Positions 8,650 to 19,635 of a stretch of 64,000 bases of DNA are shown one piece after another (position 1 is the first letter of the stretch; each line of letters starts with the position of its first letter). Under the pieces are notes generated by a model, which saw nothing but the letters and a program-made list of their open reading frames with translations, made no database searches and had not been told where the DNA came from. The stretch is from Methylomonas sp. (GTDB lineage Bacteria > Pseudomonadota > Gammaproteobacteria > Methylococcales > Methylomonadaceae): NCBI GenBank assembly GCA_026988155.1, contig JALSLW010000001.1:11869-75868 (forward strand). Reading direction: 5' to 3'. A program made the translations under genes and the position numbers.

Positions 8650-9060
8650 ATGTTAAGAAGAAAACACAATAATGTATTTATAAGAGAATTAGAAGCCAAA
8701 ATGCATTCAATACAGCAAGGTTACCAGCTGGTCACCAATAGCATCTCCTGGAAAATAACTAAACCTTTATGCTTAGTTAACCGTCAAGTTTCTTTATTTC
8801 ATAAGCAAGGTGCTTTTGCTAGGATAAAGGTAATGCAAAAATTTGCTATAAGGCATTTCATAGCTTATAGCCGCAACCACCCAAAACTACGAAGTTACTT
8901 ACTTATTGTCGCTAAAAAAACAGGAGTTTATCACTTCCTTATTAGCAAGCTCAGCAATGATCAGGTTTCTATTACTCAAAAAAATATTACTTACGTACAA
9001 TTGCCAGATGCAATGAAAGCTTTCTACAATGATCTGCTGTCGAAACTGAATAATAATTAA
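8650..9060 (+). CDS. Hypothetical protein at the head of the polysaccharide locus
   Basis: The ORF ends 2 nt before the next gene. It is basic with no recognised motifs, so coding status is only moderately supported. Confidence 0.4.
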   Translation: MLRRKHNNVFIRELEAKMHSIQQGYQLVTNSISWKITKPLCLVNRQVSLFHKQGAFARIKVMQKFAIRHFIAYSRNHPKLRSYLLIVAKKTGVYHFLISKLSNDQVSITQKNITYVQLPDAMKAFYNDLLSKLNNN

Positions 9061-9062
9061 AC

Positions 9063-11618
9063 ATGCGTATACTTATTGATTTACAAGGAGCTCAAGGGCT
9101 AAGTAAGTTGCGAGGTGTTGGTCGCTACAGCCTTTCCATTTCTTTAGCTATTGCTAAAGAACCAATGGGTCATGAAATCCATATCGCCTTAAATGGTATT
9201 TTTCTAGAGTCCACTTCTGAAATAAGCTCTTTGTTCAAAAAAATACTTCCAGAAAATAGAGTCCATATTTGGGATGGGATGAGTGATGTTACAGGCTCAA
9301 ACCCAAAAAATTTATGGCGCCGAAAATGCTGTGAACTCATTCGAGAAACATTTTTCATTTCCCTATATCCAGATGTGGTTTTTGTACCTAGTTTTTTTGA
9401 TGGGTTTGGGGATGATGCTGTGCAAACATGCAGTAAACAATTTAAAACAGTCACTCTAATACATGATTTAATTCCTCTTATCTCATCATCTGAATATCTA
9501 AAAAAAGATCCCCAATATTCTCATTTTTATATGAGACAACTTGAAGATGTACAAAAATCTAATTTGTTACTGTCAAATTCAGAATCTACTAAAAATGAGA
9601 TCATTCAGTTTACAAACTATTCTGAGAGCAATATTTATACTATTGGAGCAGCTGCTTCTGACAACTTTTATCTGCAGAAAATCAGTTTAGAAAAACAAAG
9701 GGCATTTAAAGAAAAATTTGCAATATCTAAATCTTTTATCTTGTATGTTGGTGCATCTGATGAGAGAAAAAACTTAAAAAAATTGCTTGAGGCATATGCA
9801 AATTTACCCTCTGATACAAGAAAACAGCACCAGCTTGTTTTCATGGGTGCAATACCAATAGAGCATAAAAATAAACTATCTGGATTTGCAAAAAAATTAA
9901 ACTTAAATGAAAGTGATTTTTTAGTTTTCAATCACCTTTCTGATGATGACTTGGTTTTAGCCTATCATTTATGCAAGCTATTTGTGTTTCCGTCTTTACA
10001 TGAAGGTTTTGGTCTTCCTGCCTTAGAAGCCATGGTATGTGGAGCACCCACCATTGCCTCTAACTTAACCAGCCTTCCAGAAGTGGTTCAAAACCCTCAG
10101 GCCTTGTTTAACCCTGCGTCAACATCTGAAATAACGGAAAAAATAAACCAGGTATTGACAGACGAAAAGTTTCGCAAACAACTAATTAGCATAGGCAAAA
10201 AACAAGCGACACACTTTAGCTGGAAAAAATCTGCCCACAAGGCCATTACGGCTATTGAAAAAATAATTCAAGGTGGCATAGCAAAAGAAAATCAGCTTTC
10301 GCCCCCCGAATTAAAAAGGAACCTGCTTAATAATGTAGCCAAAATTATTCCCAAAAATATTAGCTCACTTGCTTTGGCAGAAATATCTTGGCATGCATGC
10401 AGAGCTGTTCCAAGAGGTGAAGAAAAAAATATCTATGTAGACGTATCTGAACTAATGCAAAGAGATGCTAAGACAGGCATTCAACGAGTTGTTAAATCCA
10501 TTATTAAGCATTTGTCATTTTCTGAAAAAAACATTATTCCTGTCTATATAGAAAAAAATAGCATCTACTACAGATCATCCAACAGTTGTATCGATAAAAT
10601 ATTTAACCATGAAACAATAAGTATAGAAAAAGATGACCAAATAATTGACTTCCGTCCAGGCGATATATTTCTTGGCTTAGATTTTTGTCCAGTTTTAATT
10701 CCAGAAAAAAAACTAGTATTATTAAATCTAAAAAACCATGGGGTAAAAATCTATTTTGTAGTCTACGACCTTTTACCTATTTTACTACCTAATAAATTTC
10801 CAAAAGGTTCGGAAAAAGCCCATGAATTATGGCTTAAAACAATTAGCAGGTTCGATGGTGCACTCTGCATTTCAAAATCAGTTTCTAAAGAGTTAGCTGC
10901 CTGGCAAGAAGACAATAAAATTGATATATCCAATTACCAAAATAGTTGGTTCCATTTAGGTGCTGATATCGATACAGCTAAACTGCCGATAACAGAAACG
11001 GCGGTTAAAACAAAAAATATTTTAAAAATCCTATCTACAGGAACCAACTTCTTAATGTTAGGAACAATAGAACCTAGGAAAGGGCACTTGCAAACCCTAC
11101 ACGCATTTGAAACGCTGTGGAAAGAAGGAGTAGATATTAACTTAATCATAGTTGGCAAAAAAGGCTGGTTAGTAGACGGTTTTATAAGTAAATTAAAAAA
11201 TCATCCAGAATTAAACAAGAGACTCTTTTGGCTGGAAAACGTTAATGATAGGGATCTTGAGAAAATTCATACAATATCTACCTGCCTTTTAGCAGCCAGC
11301 GAAGGAGAAGGCTTCGGGCTTCCTCTAATAGAAGCAGCTCAACACAAACTTCCTATCGTTGCTAGAGATATACCTGTTTTTAAAGAAGTAGCGGGGAAAC
11401 ATGCCTACTATTTTAAAAACACCTCTAACTCTGAAGCAATATCTTTCTGCATTAAAAAATGGTTAACTTTGTATAAAAATAATAATCATCCGACATCTCA
11501 TAAGATGCCATGGTTAATTTGGAAAGAAAGTACAAAAAAATTATTCGAATTGTTAGATATAAAACAGCGACCTCACTATAACAACTGTTCATCACTTTAT
11601 AAAAAAGGCATAAAATGA
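9063..11618 (+). CDS. Two-module GT4 (Glycos_transf_1) glycosyltransferase, WbdA-like polymerising transferase
   Basis: Two separate GT4 cores are present: ...PSLHEGFGLPALEAMVCGAPTIASN... and ...ASEGEGFGLPLIEAAQHKLPIVARD.... At 851 aa, the size and layout resemble two-domain O-polysaccharide mannosyl/rhamnosyl transferases. Confidence 0.85.
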   Translation: MRILIDLQGAQGLSKLRGVGRYSLSISLAIAKEPMGHEIHIALNGIFLESTSEISSLFKKILPENRVHIWDGMSDVTGSNPKNLWRRKCCELIRETFFISLYPDVVFVPSFFDGFGDDAVQTCSKQFKTVTLIHDLIPLISSSEYLKKDPQYSHFYMRQLEDVQKSNLLLSNSESTKNEIIQFTNYSESNIYTIGAAASDNFYLQKISLEKQRAFKEKFAISKSFILYVGASDERKNLKKLLEAYANLPSDTRKQHQLVFMGAIPIEHKNKLSGFAKKLNLNESDFLVFNHLSDDDLVLAYHLCKLFVFPSLHEGFGLPALEAMVCGAPTIASNLTSLPEVVQNPQALFNPASTSEITEKINQVLTDEKFRKQLISIGKKQATHFSWKKSAHKAITAIEKIIQGGIAKENQLSPPELKRNLLNNVAKIIPKNISSLALAEISWHACRAVPRGEEKNIYVDVSELMQRDAKTGIQRVVKSIIKHLSFSEKNIIPVYIEKNSIYYRSSNSCIDKIFNHETISIEKDDQIIDFRPGDIFLGLDFCPVLIPEKKLVLLNLKNHGVKIYFVVYDLLPILLPNKFPKGSEKAHELWLKTISRFDGALCISKSVSKELAAWQEDNKIDISNYQNSWFHLGADIDTAKLPITETAVKTKNILKILSTGTNFLMLGTIEPRKGHLQTLHAFETLWKEGVDINLIIVGKKGWLVDGFISKLKNHPELNKRLFWLENVNDRDLEKIHTISTCLLAASEGEGFGLPLIEAAQHKLPIVARDIPVFKEVAGKHAYYFKNTSNSEAISFCIKKWLTLYKNNNHPTSHKMPWLIWKESTKKLFELLDIKQRPHYNNCSSLYKKGIK

Positions 11619-13426
11619 ATCTCCCTGTTTCCCCGGATGTTGAAATGGTAATGGATAAAATAAAACAAAAGGTAAGGACAAGAAAATCTGCAGTTTTTGG
11701 CCAATCCCCTGATCCATTCATAAACCAGCAACTTTTCGATGTAGGTGAATTTTATAATTATGAGGATGAAGAATTTATCTGCAAAGCATATTTAGGAATA
11801 CTTAGCAGAAAGCCTGATAGAGAGGGTTTGAAAAGCAAGTTAAAAGAATTAACCGATTGCAATAGAACTAAGAAAGAACTGTTGCTAGATATTCTATTAT
11901 CAGAAGAAGCTAAAAAAAAGAAGATAAATATTTTACGGCTTAACACGCCTGATGAAAATGCACTAGAAAAAACTAATTTGGCTTTCAAGTCATGGCTAGG
12001 GATAAATAAAGAAGCCTTACAGACCGACGAACAACCATTACTTAATAGTACGGAATTAAAAAAAGGCTCTGAAACACCATCAAAGTCTATTTTTAAAATT
12101 ACTGACTTTACAAATTACAATGATGAAGCTTTTGTAAGTAATGCTTACCAGCAGATATTAGGTAGACTGCCCGATTCTATAGGAAAAAAAACCAACCTTG
12201 AACTTTTAAGAAGTGGAAAAACTTCTAAAATAGGTATCCTTTGTAATTTACACTATTCAAAAGAGGGTGGAAAAAATAAAATTAATATACAGGGTTTAAA
12301 AAAATATTATATTTACAGAGCAATTTCAAATATACCTATTATTGGCTATCTACTAAGAACCATAAATGCTTTGATAAAATTGCCACACCTTTTAAACCAT
12401 ATTAATAAATTAGAAAGTGACTGTAATCGGTTAACTGAAGAAAATAAAACTCTCTTATACAGGACAAATAGAATAAAAAAGGCTGTTATTGAAAACTCTA
12501 AAATAATTGATTTAAAAGCAAATGATATTGATATAAAACAGCTATATCAATTAATTAGAAAAACTGAAAATAAAGCGGATAGCATCACCTTAACAAAGAA
12601 TGCCACTCAAATTGAGCTGGAATTAAATCGATTAAAACAGCAGACAAGGGATCATAAACTAAATATTCTTGATAGCCAGCATCAATTGAAACTGTTGCTT
12701 GAAAAGCAAAATGGCAGTATGTCAGAGCCAACTTCACAAAATAAAACTAAACATGCGGTTAAAGATGAAGATCTGCTATTGGATGCTATGTATGTAGCTT
12801 TTGAGGATAAATTTAGGGGAAGCAAAGAGGAAATTAAAGAACGTTTAATTGATTATCTTCCTTATGTCTTAGAGGCTCGGAAAAATACGCAAAATGCTCC
12901 CGTTCTTGATGTTGGAACAGGTCGAGGAGAGTGGCTATCATTAATGAAAGAAAATGATATTGAAGCAAAAGGTATTGACCTAAATCATATAATGGTCAGC
13001 TTATGTCAAGAAAGTGGCCTTGATGCTATCGAATCGGATGTTATCGAATATCTAAAAAAACAGAATTCAAATTCTCTTTCTGCCATTACTGGCTTTCATA
13101 TTATTGAACATCTGCCTTTTAAAGTATTAATCAGCCTTTATGATGAAGCCTTTAGAGTTCTTAAACCTGGGGGAATTGTAATTTTTGAAACGCCCAATCC
13201 AGAAAATTTAATAGTAGGTGCCTGCAATTTCTACACGGACCCCACTCATATCAACCCTATCCCCCCCGATACTGCAAAATTTTTTCTTGAGGCAAGAAGT
13301 TTCTCAAATGTTGAGATTATTAGATTGCGCTCTAATAAGGATCCATCATTAATAAATTATGAAAGTCCACTTACAGGTTTTTTTACTAACTATGTAGATT
13401 ACTCAGTAATAGGATATAAAATATAA
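11615..13426 (+). CDS. DUF4214 x2 / coiled-coil / class I SAM methyltransferase (candidate O-antigen chain-terminating methyltransferase)
   Basis: Two DUF4214-like repeats (FICKAYLGILSRKPDREGL; FVSNAYQQILGRLPDSIG), a long heptad-rich middle, and the C-terminal FEDKFRGSKEEIKERL...VLDVGTGRGEW...LKPGGIVIFETPNPEN methyltransferase fold. There is a 4-nt overlap with the neighbouring genes. Confidence 0.75.
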   Translation: MNLPVSPDVEMVMDKIKQKVRTRKSAVFGQSPDPFINQQLFDVGEFYNYEDEEFICKAYLGILSRKPDREGLKSKLKELTDCNRTKKELLLDILLSEEAKKKKINILRLNTPDENALEKTNLAFKSWLGINKEALQTDEQPLLNSTELKKGSETPSKSIFKITDFTNYNDEAFVSNAYQQILGRLPDSIGKKTNLELLRSGKTSKIGILCNLHYSKEGGKNKINIQGLKKYYIYRAISNIPIIGYLLRTINALIKLPHLLNHINKLESDCNRLTEENKTLLYRTNRIKKAVIENSKIIDLKANDIDIKQLYQLIRKTENKADSITLTKNATQIELELNRLKQQTRDHKLNILDSQHQLKLLLEKQNGSMSEPTSQNKTKHAVKDEDLLLDAMYVAFEDKFRGSKEEIKERLIDYLPYVLEARKNTQNAPVLDVGTGRGEWLSLMKENDIEAKGIDLNHIMVSLCQESGLDAIESDVIEYLKKQNSNSLSAITGFHIIEHLPFKVLISLYDEAFRVLKPGGIVIFETPNPENLIVGACNFYTDPTHINPIPPDTAKFFLEARSFSNVEIIRLRSNKDPSLINYESPLTGFFTNYVDYSVIGYKI

Positions 13427-16400
13427 TGAATGTGCTAATTGCTAATGAAAGACTGCTATTTCGTTTTGGCGTAGATAGAGTGTTAATTTTATTGGGAACA
13501 GCCCTAAAAAAGGTGGGGCATAATGTAGTTGTTCTGGCTAATAAATATGATAGCGAAAATACTGATGATTTTGCAGATAAAGTAATAGATATTCCAGTTG
13601 ATAGCGAAAATTATTTAAATCAGAATGAATTTACCACTACTTGGCTAGTCAGCAATTATTCTAAAGTTCTTCCTGAATTTATACCGGATATTGTGTTATT
13701 GGCTGGCTGGCCATTTTATTCCAGTATTCCCTTTTTTAATTCGCTTGGTGCTAAAACTGTCTATATGGACTGCGGAGCTGTACCGTTAGATGGATTTGAT
13801 AAAGCACAAACTCTAGTTCAAACTAAACTGAGAGAACTTCGAAAAAAGTATTTGAAAGACCTGTCAATAATAATTGCAATAAGTGATTTTATTGCAAATA
13901 CTCAAAGCTTGCCAGATAGCCTAGGTCAAACACCTATTGTCAGCGTGCTATTAGCGGCTGATCACATTAAACAGTCTATTGGCAAGGAAGCAAAAACCTC
14001 CTCTTACATAGAGAAAATAAAAGCTTTGCGTGAAGATAATATAAAATTAATTTTCGCTCTTGGCCGATGGGAACCAGACAATTACAAAAACTCCTTAGCT
14101 TCTTTAAACATTATAAACTTAGTTCGTTATACTCACCCTAACACTAAACTCATTATTCTTGGGCATACAGAAGAGTTAAATATCCCTAATGAATTGAAAG
14201 ATTCAGTAATCGCCGTTGGTTTTCCTAACGATGATCAACTATTGGAGTTAATGCAATTAAGTGAACTCGGGGTAATTGTATCTAAGTGGGAAGGCTTTAA
14301 TTTACCTTTAGCTGAAATGCAATCCATTGAAAAGCCCACTTTCGTTTTTAATGTTGCAGCACATCCAGAAGTTGTGGTTCATCCATGGTTTCTATGTGAA
14401 ACCGATGAAGATATGGCTAAGAAAATCTCGTTAGTCTTGTCAAAAAAATATGAAGAACTATTGGGGAGAGTAAATTATACAAATTTCCACGATTTCTTTA
14501 AATGGGACAGAGTAATCACTGACTATAAAGAAATTTTTGAGATGCTATTGCATGATCAGCATTCACTTAAAAAATTGTCTAAAAGGTTACCGTACAATAA
14601 ATTACAAACTATCTTGGATGTTAGCAATTCATGCTTAGATCCTGCCAATCCAGGCATAATTCGTGTAACAAGAAGATTTAGCGCTGAAATACAAAAAACA
14701 ATAAATCCAATCTTTGTTTTATGGGATAAAGCTTTACAGGAATACGTTTTTCCAACTCATTCAGAATATCAAACCTTAGGAACATTTAACGGCCCAAGTA
14801 AAGATCCTACTTTACCAGTCTCAGAAGATACTTCTAGAGTCCTGTTAACTGAATATTTAAATAAACATCCATGCCGGTATCGTTGGCTAATATTAATGGA
14901 AATATTTAGAGAATATGAAATTAAGGATATCATAGGTTTTGCCCAGAAAAACCAGCTAAAAATCGCTTCCGTTTTTTATGATGCTATACCTGCTTTGTAC
15001 CCAGAATATTGCAACGATGAAGTTAAACTAAATCATACCAAATATATGAATAGGTTATCTAAATGTGACCTAGTGTTATCAATTTCTAAATATTCTGAAG
15101 ATTGTTTAGCTACTCATTGGAATGACCAAAACATTAATAATGGTGAAATTATTACTAATGAACTGCCCGGTGAATTTGGAGGGGCAGAAAGAGTATTAAG
15201 CGTTAAAAACAAAAAAAATAAAATAAATTTTCTATGTGTATCGACGCTGGAACCAAGAAAGAATCATGCAACCCTATTAAAAGCGATAGATTTAATCGAA
15301 AAGCAATATCCTGCCCTTGATTTTAAATTAACGCTGATTGGAAACCGCTATGCAGGCGCTTTTGAAATCGCTGACAACATTGAACTTAAATCTCAAAATA
15401 ATCCAAAGATTGATTGGCTTGGACCTGTATGCGATAGTGATTTAATCCGTGCCTATAATGAGGCAGATTTTACAGTATATCCCTCAATAGTTGAGGGCTT
15501 TGGAATGCCGATACTTGAAAGCATCTGGTTCGGCAAGCCTTGTGTATGTTCTAGTGAAGGGTCTATGGGTGAGCTGGCCAAATCAGGTGGCTGTCTCACT
15601 ACAGATATATTGGATGCTGATAAATTAAGTGCCGCAATTTATCAGTTAGCCTCCGACGATAAGCTATACACCCGATTATCTACTGAAGCGACCCATAGAA
15701 AAATTAAAACCTGGGAAGAGTATGCTGATAAATCTTTAGGTCTGCTGTTATCAAAATCAGAATTATCCCACACCTTTTCCTATGACCATGACAGTTCAGT
15801 TGATAACAAAAAAATCTTAATCTGCTGTAATGCCTATCCTCCACATTTTGTTGGAGGAGCCGAATTGATAGCCCATTACCATGCAATAGAATTGAAAAAT
15901 AAAGGGTATGAAGTTAAGGTTTTTGCCGGTGATAGCCAATCAAGTTTATCCCAATACAGTATTGAAACAAGTTTTTATGATGATATAGAAGTCTACAGAA
16001 TAAAACTGGAGCGTGAAGACTTTTCGAGCGAATATATCAACTTTTCAAACACTGTCGTTCAAAATCATTTTGAGACTATTTTGGATGACTTTAAACCTTC
16101 TGTTGTGCATATGCATAATATTATTGGTTTATCTGTTTCATTAGCCTCAATTGCAAAAAGCAGGGGGATAAAAACAATTCTGACATTGCATGACAGCTGG
16201 GGGTTTTGTCATAAAAACACCATGATGTGGGATAATGGCACTTTTTGTAATGATTTCACTGACTGCAGTAGCTGTTTAGCTGAAATACATGATGGAAAAA
16301 ACCGTTCAATTCCCCTTGAAATGAGACAGGACTATTTATCAATAGCTTTTGAACCTGTTGATATTTTTATTTCTCCAAGCATTTTCTTGCGAAACCAGTA

Positions 16401-17421
16401 TATAAAGGCCGGTTTTGATGAGGATAAAATTAAATTATTATCAAATGGAATAGATATTGATAATTATTCTAAAATAATTAAACAGCATGATGAGCATTTT
16501 CGATTCACTTTTATTGGATATTTAGGAGAGCATAAAGGCTCCTTATTAATTCTGCAAGCATTAAAATTAATATATAAAAAAAATAAAGTTATAGTAAATA
16601 TAGTTGGAGATGGGGGATTAAAGGATACTTTAAAAAGCTTTGTAGAAAATGAAGGTTTAAATGAATCTGTCATATTTCATGGAAAAATAGACAATAAAGA
16701 AATTAATAATATTTTTTCTCAAACAGATGTCTACATTCTTCCCTCAATGTGTCCAGAAAATCAGCCGGTTTCTATAACAGAAGCTTTCGCATCTAAAGTA
16801 CCGGTCATTGGAACAGATTTTGGCGGTATCAAAGAGTTAATTACAGATAATAAAACTGGCCTTTTATTTCCTATGGGGGATGTCAGCGCATTAGCAGAAA
16901 AAATGCAGTACTTTATACATCATCCTGAAAAAGTAATTGAATTTGGCGAAGCTGGCTATAAATTTATCTATAAAAATAGTTTTTCCAATCAAGCGGCTAA
17001 ATTAATTGATCTATACCATTCATTGCCCATAAAAAAGCAGGTAATGAAAAGTTTCATTGTATCTTGTATAGGAACTTGTGTTTCAGCTATTGCCAGCCAG
17101 GTATTGAAAAAGATTAAAGAGGAAAATTTTTCTATAAATTTTGTTATGCATGAATGGCTAGACGGTTTTGAAGCATTTAAAAGTGATTTAATTTGGATAG
17201 TTGATCCTAATATCGATATTGAAGAGATAAATAAGCTTAAAGCTCTGCAAAAACCTTTTCTAATCCCAAAAAAACATGAGTCTTTTAAAAAAGTGTGCAT
17301 CAAGGAGAATAACGGCTTGTATTATGCAGATGCAGATACTGCAATAGAATGTATTTATTATCTTTTTAATAATAAAATGGATGCCTATTTAATAGGTGAA
17401 AATGGGGTTGCCATAAAATAA
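13426..17421 (+). CDS. Giant three-module GT4 glycosyltransferase (1331 aa)
   Basis: Three GT4 signature regions: WEGFNLPLAEMQS, VEGFGMPILESIWFGKPCVCS and ENQPVSITEAFASKVPVIGTDFGGIKELI. The start overlaps the preceding stop. Confidence 0.85.
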   Translation: MNVLIANERLLFRFGVDRVLILLGTALKKVGHNVVVLANKYDSENTDDFADKVIDIPVDSENYLNQNEFTTTWLVSNYSKVLPEFIPDIVLLAGWPFYSSIPFFNSLGAKTVYMDCGAVPLDGFDKAQTLVQTKLRELRKKYLKDLSIIIAISDFIANTQSLPDSLGQTPIVSVLLAADHIKQSIGKEAKTSSYIEKIKALREDNIKLIFALGRWEPDNYKNSLASLNIINLVRYTHPNTKLIILGHTEELNIPNELKDSVIAVGFPNDDQLLELMQLSELGVIVSKWEGFNLPLAEMQSIEKPTFVFNVAAHPEVVVHPWFLCETDEDMAKKISLVLSKKYEELLGRVNYTNFHDFFKWDRVITDYKEIFEMLLHDQHSLKKLSKRLPYNKLQTILDVSNSCLDPANPGIIRVTRRFSAEIQKTINPIFVLWDKALQEYVFPTHSEYQTLGTFNGPSKDPTLPVSEDTSRVLLTEYLNKHPCRYRWLILMEIFREYEIKDIIGFAQKNQLKIASVFYDAIPALYPEYCNDEVKLNHTKYMNRLSKCDLVLSISKYSEDCLATHWNDQNINNGEIITNELPGEFGGAERVLSVKNKKNKINFLCVSTLEPRKNHATLLKAIDLIEKQYPALDFKLTLIGNRYAGAFEIADNIELKSQNNPKIDWLGPVCDSDLIRAYNEADFTVYPSIVEGFGMPILESIWFGKPCVCSSEGSMGELAKSGGCLTTDILDADKLSAAIYQLASDDKLYTRLSTEATHRKIKTWEEYADKSLGLLLSKSELSHTFSYDHDSSVDNKKILICCNAYPPHFVGGAELIAHYHAIELKNKGYEVKVFAGDSQSSLSQYSIETSFYDDIEVYRIKLEREDFSSEYINFSNTVVQNHFETILDDFKPSVVHMHNIIGLSVSLASIAKSRGIKTILTLHDSWGFCHKNTMMWDNGTFCNDFTDCSSCLAEIHDGKNRSIPLEMRQDYLSIAFEPVDIFISPSIFLRNQYIKAGFDEDKIKLLSNGIDIDNYSKIIKQHDEHFRFTFIGYLGEHKGSLLILQALKLIYKKNKVIVNIVGDGGLKDTLKSFVENEGLNESVIFHGKIDNKEINNIFSQTDVYILPSMCPENQPVSITEAFASKVPVIGTDFGGIKELITDNKTGLLFPMGDVSALAEKMQYFIHHPEKVIEFGEAGYKFIYKNSFSNQAAKLIDLYHSLPIKKQVMKSFIVSCIGTCVSAIASQVLKKIKEENFSINFVMHEWLDGFEAFKSDLIWIVDPNIDIEEINKLKALQKPFLIPKKHESFKKVCIKENNGLYYADADTAIECIYYLFNNKMDAYLIGENGVAIK

Positions 17422-17426
17422 TTTTT

Positions 17427-17472
17427 TAAGTACCCAAGTAAAATTAATTTAATAGTTTTACTTGGGTACTTA
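17427..17472. repeat. 46-bp hairpin repeat (family 2 short form), copy 2; probable bidirectional terminator between convergent genes
   Basis: Identical to 5414-5459. It lies 6 nt after the GT stop (17421) and 16 nt before the wzt stop (17488). Confidence 0.85.
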
Positions 17473-17487
17473 TTCATTACCTGTCCC

Positions 17488-18705
17488 TCATATCACTTTA
17501 AGAGATACAGGTAATGCCGCTATACCAATAAACATATTTTCTTCATTGGGAATAATTTGAAATACAACTGCTTGATCCCACCAGTCATGATTATCATCAA
17601 GATGGTTATGTGAAGTATGGGACGCGACGGAAATTGAATAATTGCCCACACCTAAATTTAGACCTAACGTATATTCAATAGATATACTGCCCTCTTGAGA
17701 AGGAATCTTCATCTGTTGATGAAATGAATTTGTACCAAACACATCATTGCCCAACCGGTCTTTAATCAATATCCCTACAGTAGTATTTTCTACTGACTCA
17801 TTAAAATATATATTTATCTTTACAACAGCTTCATCTCCCACTCTAAAGGCACGGCATGGCATTTCATGTAAATCTAGTATCTCAACAGATTTTATAACTG
17901 CTTTTTGGTTGCCACTTCGTGTACTGGTAGTTCCATGCTGATTTTCCAGTTGCCGTATTTCTTCATCTGTTTCTTTTTTTGCGATAATGGCATTGTAATA
18001 ATCAAAAACATTACCCGGTGTTCCTTCTCTGATTAAAACCCCTTTATCAAGTAATATAGCTCGGTCACACAAAGTTTTTACTGCGCTTGCATCATGCGAA
18101 ACAAAAAACAGCGTTGTACCCTGTTGTTTAAATTTTCTAATTCTAGCCATCGACTTGTGCTGAAAATAGGCATCTCCAACAGATAATGCTTCATCTACAA
18201 TTAGAATATCAGGCCGTACCGCAGTGGCTACACTAAATGCCAGACGCATTTGCATGCCACTGGAATATGTTCTGATGGGTTGGTGTATGTATTCCCCCAA
18301 TTCTGAAAATTCTATAATTTCTGGCAATAATTTATGCACATCATTCGTTGTGATGCCCATAATCTGACAGGCTGTTATCGCATTTTGTATGCCAGTAAAA
18401 TCAGGATGAAATCCCATGCCCAGTTCAAGTAGAGCGGCCACTTTACCTTTTGTGCTTATATGGCCTTCAGTTGCCTGGGTAGAACCCGTCAATATTTTTA
18501 AAAAAGTACTTTTTCCGGCACCATTTTGCCCAATGATTGCAATTGATTCACCTTGCTGTACGGTAAAATTAAGTCCTTTCAATACCCAAATGGCTTCATG
18601 CCTTTGAATTGATCCAGCAGAAAGCCATTCAATAACACGGGAACGTTTATTTGGATAACGCTTATATTTTTTACCAATATTGTTAACAGAAATAATTTCA
18701 GTCAT
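17488..18705 (-). CDS. wzt: O-antigen ABC transporter ATP-binding protein Wzt with C-terminal glycan-binding-type extension
   Basis: Walker A GQNGAGKST, signature YSSGMQMRLAFS and Walker B ILIVDEALSVGD, plus a ~150-aa beta-rich C-terminal extension. The start overlaps the wzm stop. Confidence 0.88.
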   Translation of the reverse strand: MTEIISVNNIGKKYKRYPNKRSRVIEWLSAGSIQRHEAIWVLKGLNFTVQQGESIAIIGQNGAGKSTFLKILTGSTQATEGHISTKGKVAALLELGMGFHPDFTGIQNAITACQIMGITTNDVHKLLPEIIEFSELGEYIHQPIRTYSSGMQMRLAFSVATAVRPDILIVDEALSVGDAYFQHKSMARIRKFKQQGTTLFFVSHDASAVKTLCDRAILLDKGVLIREGTPGNVFDYYNAIIAKKETDEEIRQLENQHGTTSTRSGNQKAVIKSVEILDLHEMPCRAFRVGDEAVVKINIYFNESVENTTVGILIKDRLGNDVFGTNSFHQQMKIPSQEGSISIEYTLGLNLGVGNYSISVASHTSHNHLDDNHDWWDQAVVFQIIPNEENMFIGIAALPVSLKVI

Positions 18706-19499
18706 AGCTCATCTACCATTTCAGGTGATAAACGAACAAAGAAAAAAGAGCCAATGAATATCAGAGATAACATGAGTAAAATATGTAGCTTAAAATCAGA
18801 GAATATGGGGAATTCTTTATAAAGCATTATCTTATGATAGCTCATAACAAAAAGCGCCATAGGGTTAAAATTAAGCACAAGGTCTTTAATGAAGTCAGGA
18901 AGTATCTTAAAGGGATAAACAATAGGCGTTAACCAAAACCAAAATCTAAGTATTATTTGCATAGCTTGGCCAATATCACGAAAAAAAACATTTAAGGTTC
19001 CAATTATTAAGCCTAAGCCAATAGCTATCCCCTGCTGAATAATTAGCAATGGAATCCAAGCAAAAAGTAATTTATAGCTAGGGAGCTCGCCTATGATGGC
19101 TAAAAAGCACAGATAGATAGAAAAAATAATGATGAAATTAATAGTGGCGGTTGTTAGTGCTATTACTGGAAGTGTGACTCGGGGAAAACTTGTTTTTTTT
19201 AATAGGCTAGCATGTTCAATAAACATGTTTTGGCTTCTGGTAATGACTTCTGTAAAAAACTCCCAGGCAATAATTCCAGAGCAAATATAAATGGTAAAGG
19301 CCCATTGGCTGTCAAAACCGGGAAATCTGGCAGCCATTAGTTTGGAGAAAATAACCGAATAAACCAGAATCATTGAAAGGGGTTCAATAATCGCCCAAAG
19401 GCTCCCTAATACAGACCGAGTGTAGCGCCCCTGAAATTCCCTTTTAACCATGCCTGCAACAAAACTGCGATACATCCATAGTGCATGAACTCTTTGCAT
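18702..19499 (-). CDS. wzm: O-antigen ABC-2 transporter permease Wzm
   Basis: A 265-aa polytopic protein with about 6 TM helices and the ABC-2 pattern (LWAIIEPL...), located directly upstream of wzt. Confidence 0.88.
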   Translation of the reverse strand: MQRVHALWMYRSFVAGMVKREFQGRYTRSVLGSLWAIIEPLSMILVYSVIFSKLMAARFPGFDSQWAFTIYICSGIIAWEFFTEVITRSQNMFIEHASLLKKTSFPRVTLPVIALTTATINFIIIFSIYLCFLAIIGELPSYKLLFAWIPLLIIQQGIAIGLGLIIGTLNVFFRDIGQAMQIILRFWFWLTPIVYPFKILPDFIKDLVLNFNPMALFVMSYHKIMLYKEFPIFSDFKLHILLMLSLIFIGSFFFVRLSPEMVDEL

Positions 19500-19635
19500 T
19501 ATTAAGTTCCGTTTTATAAAGTTAAAAATGATATTATATCAATCAATAAAAAAGAGAATTGGCTTACTTTTCTGAATAAAGATTGTATCCTCTCTTTGAC
19601 AATAAAGAGAGCTTTTTGAGGATGTTGCCGGAAAT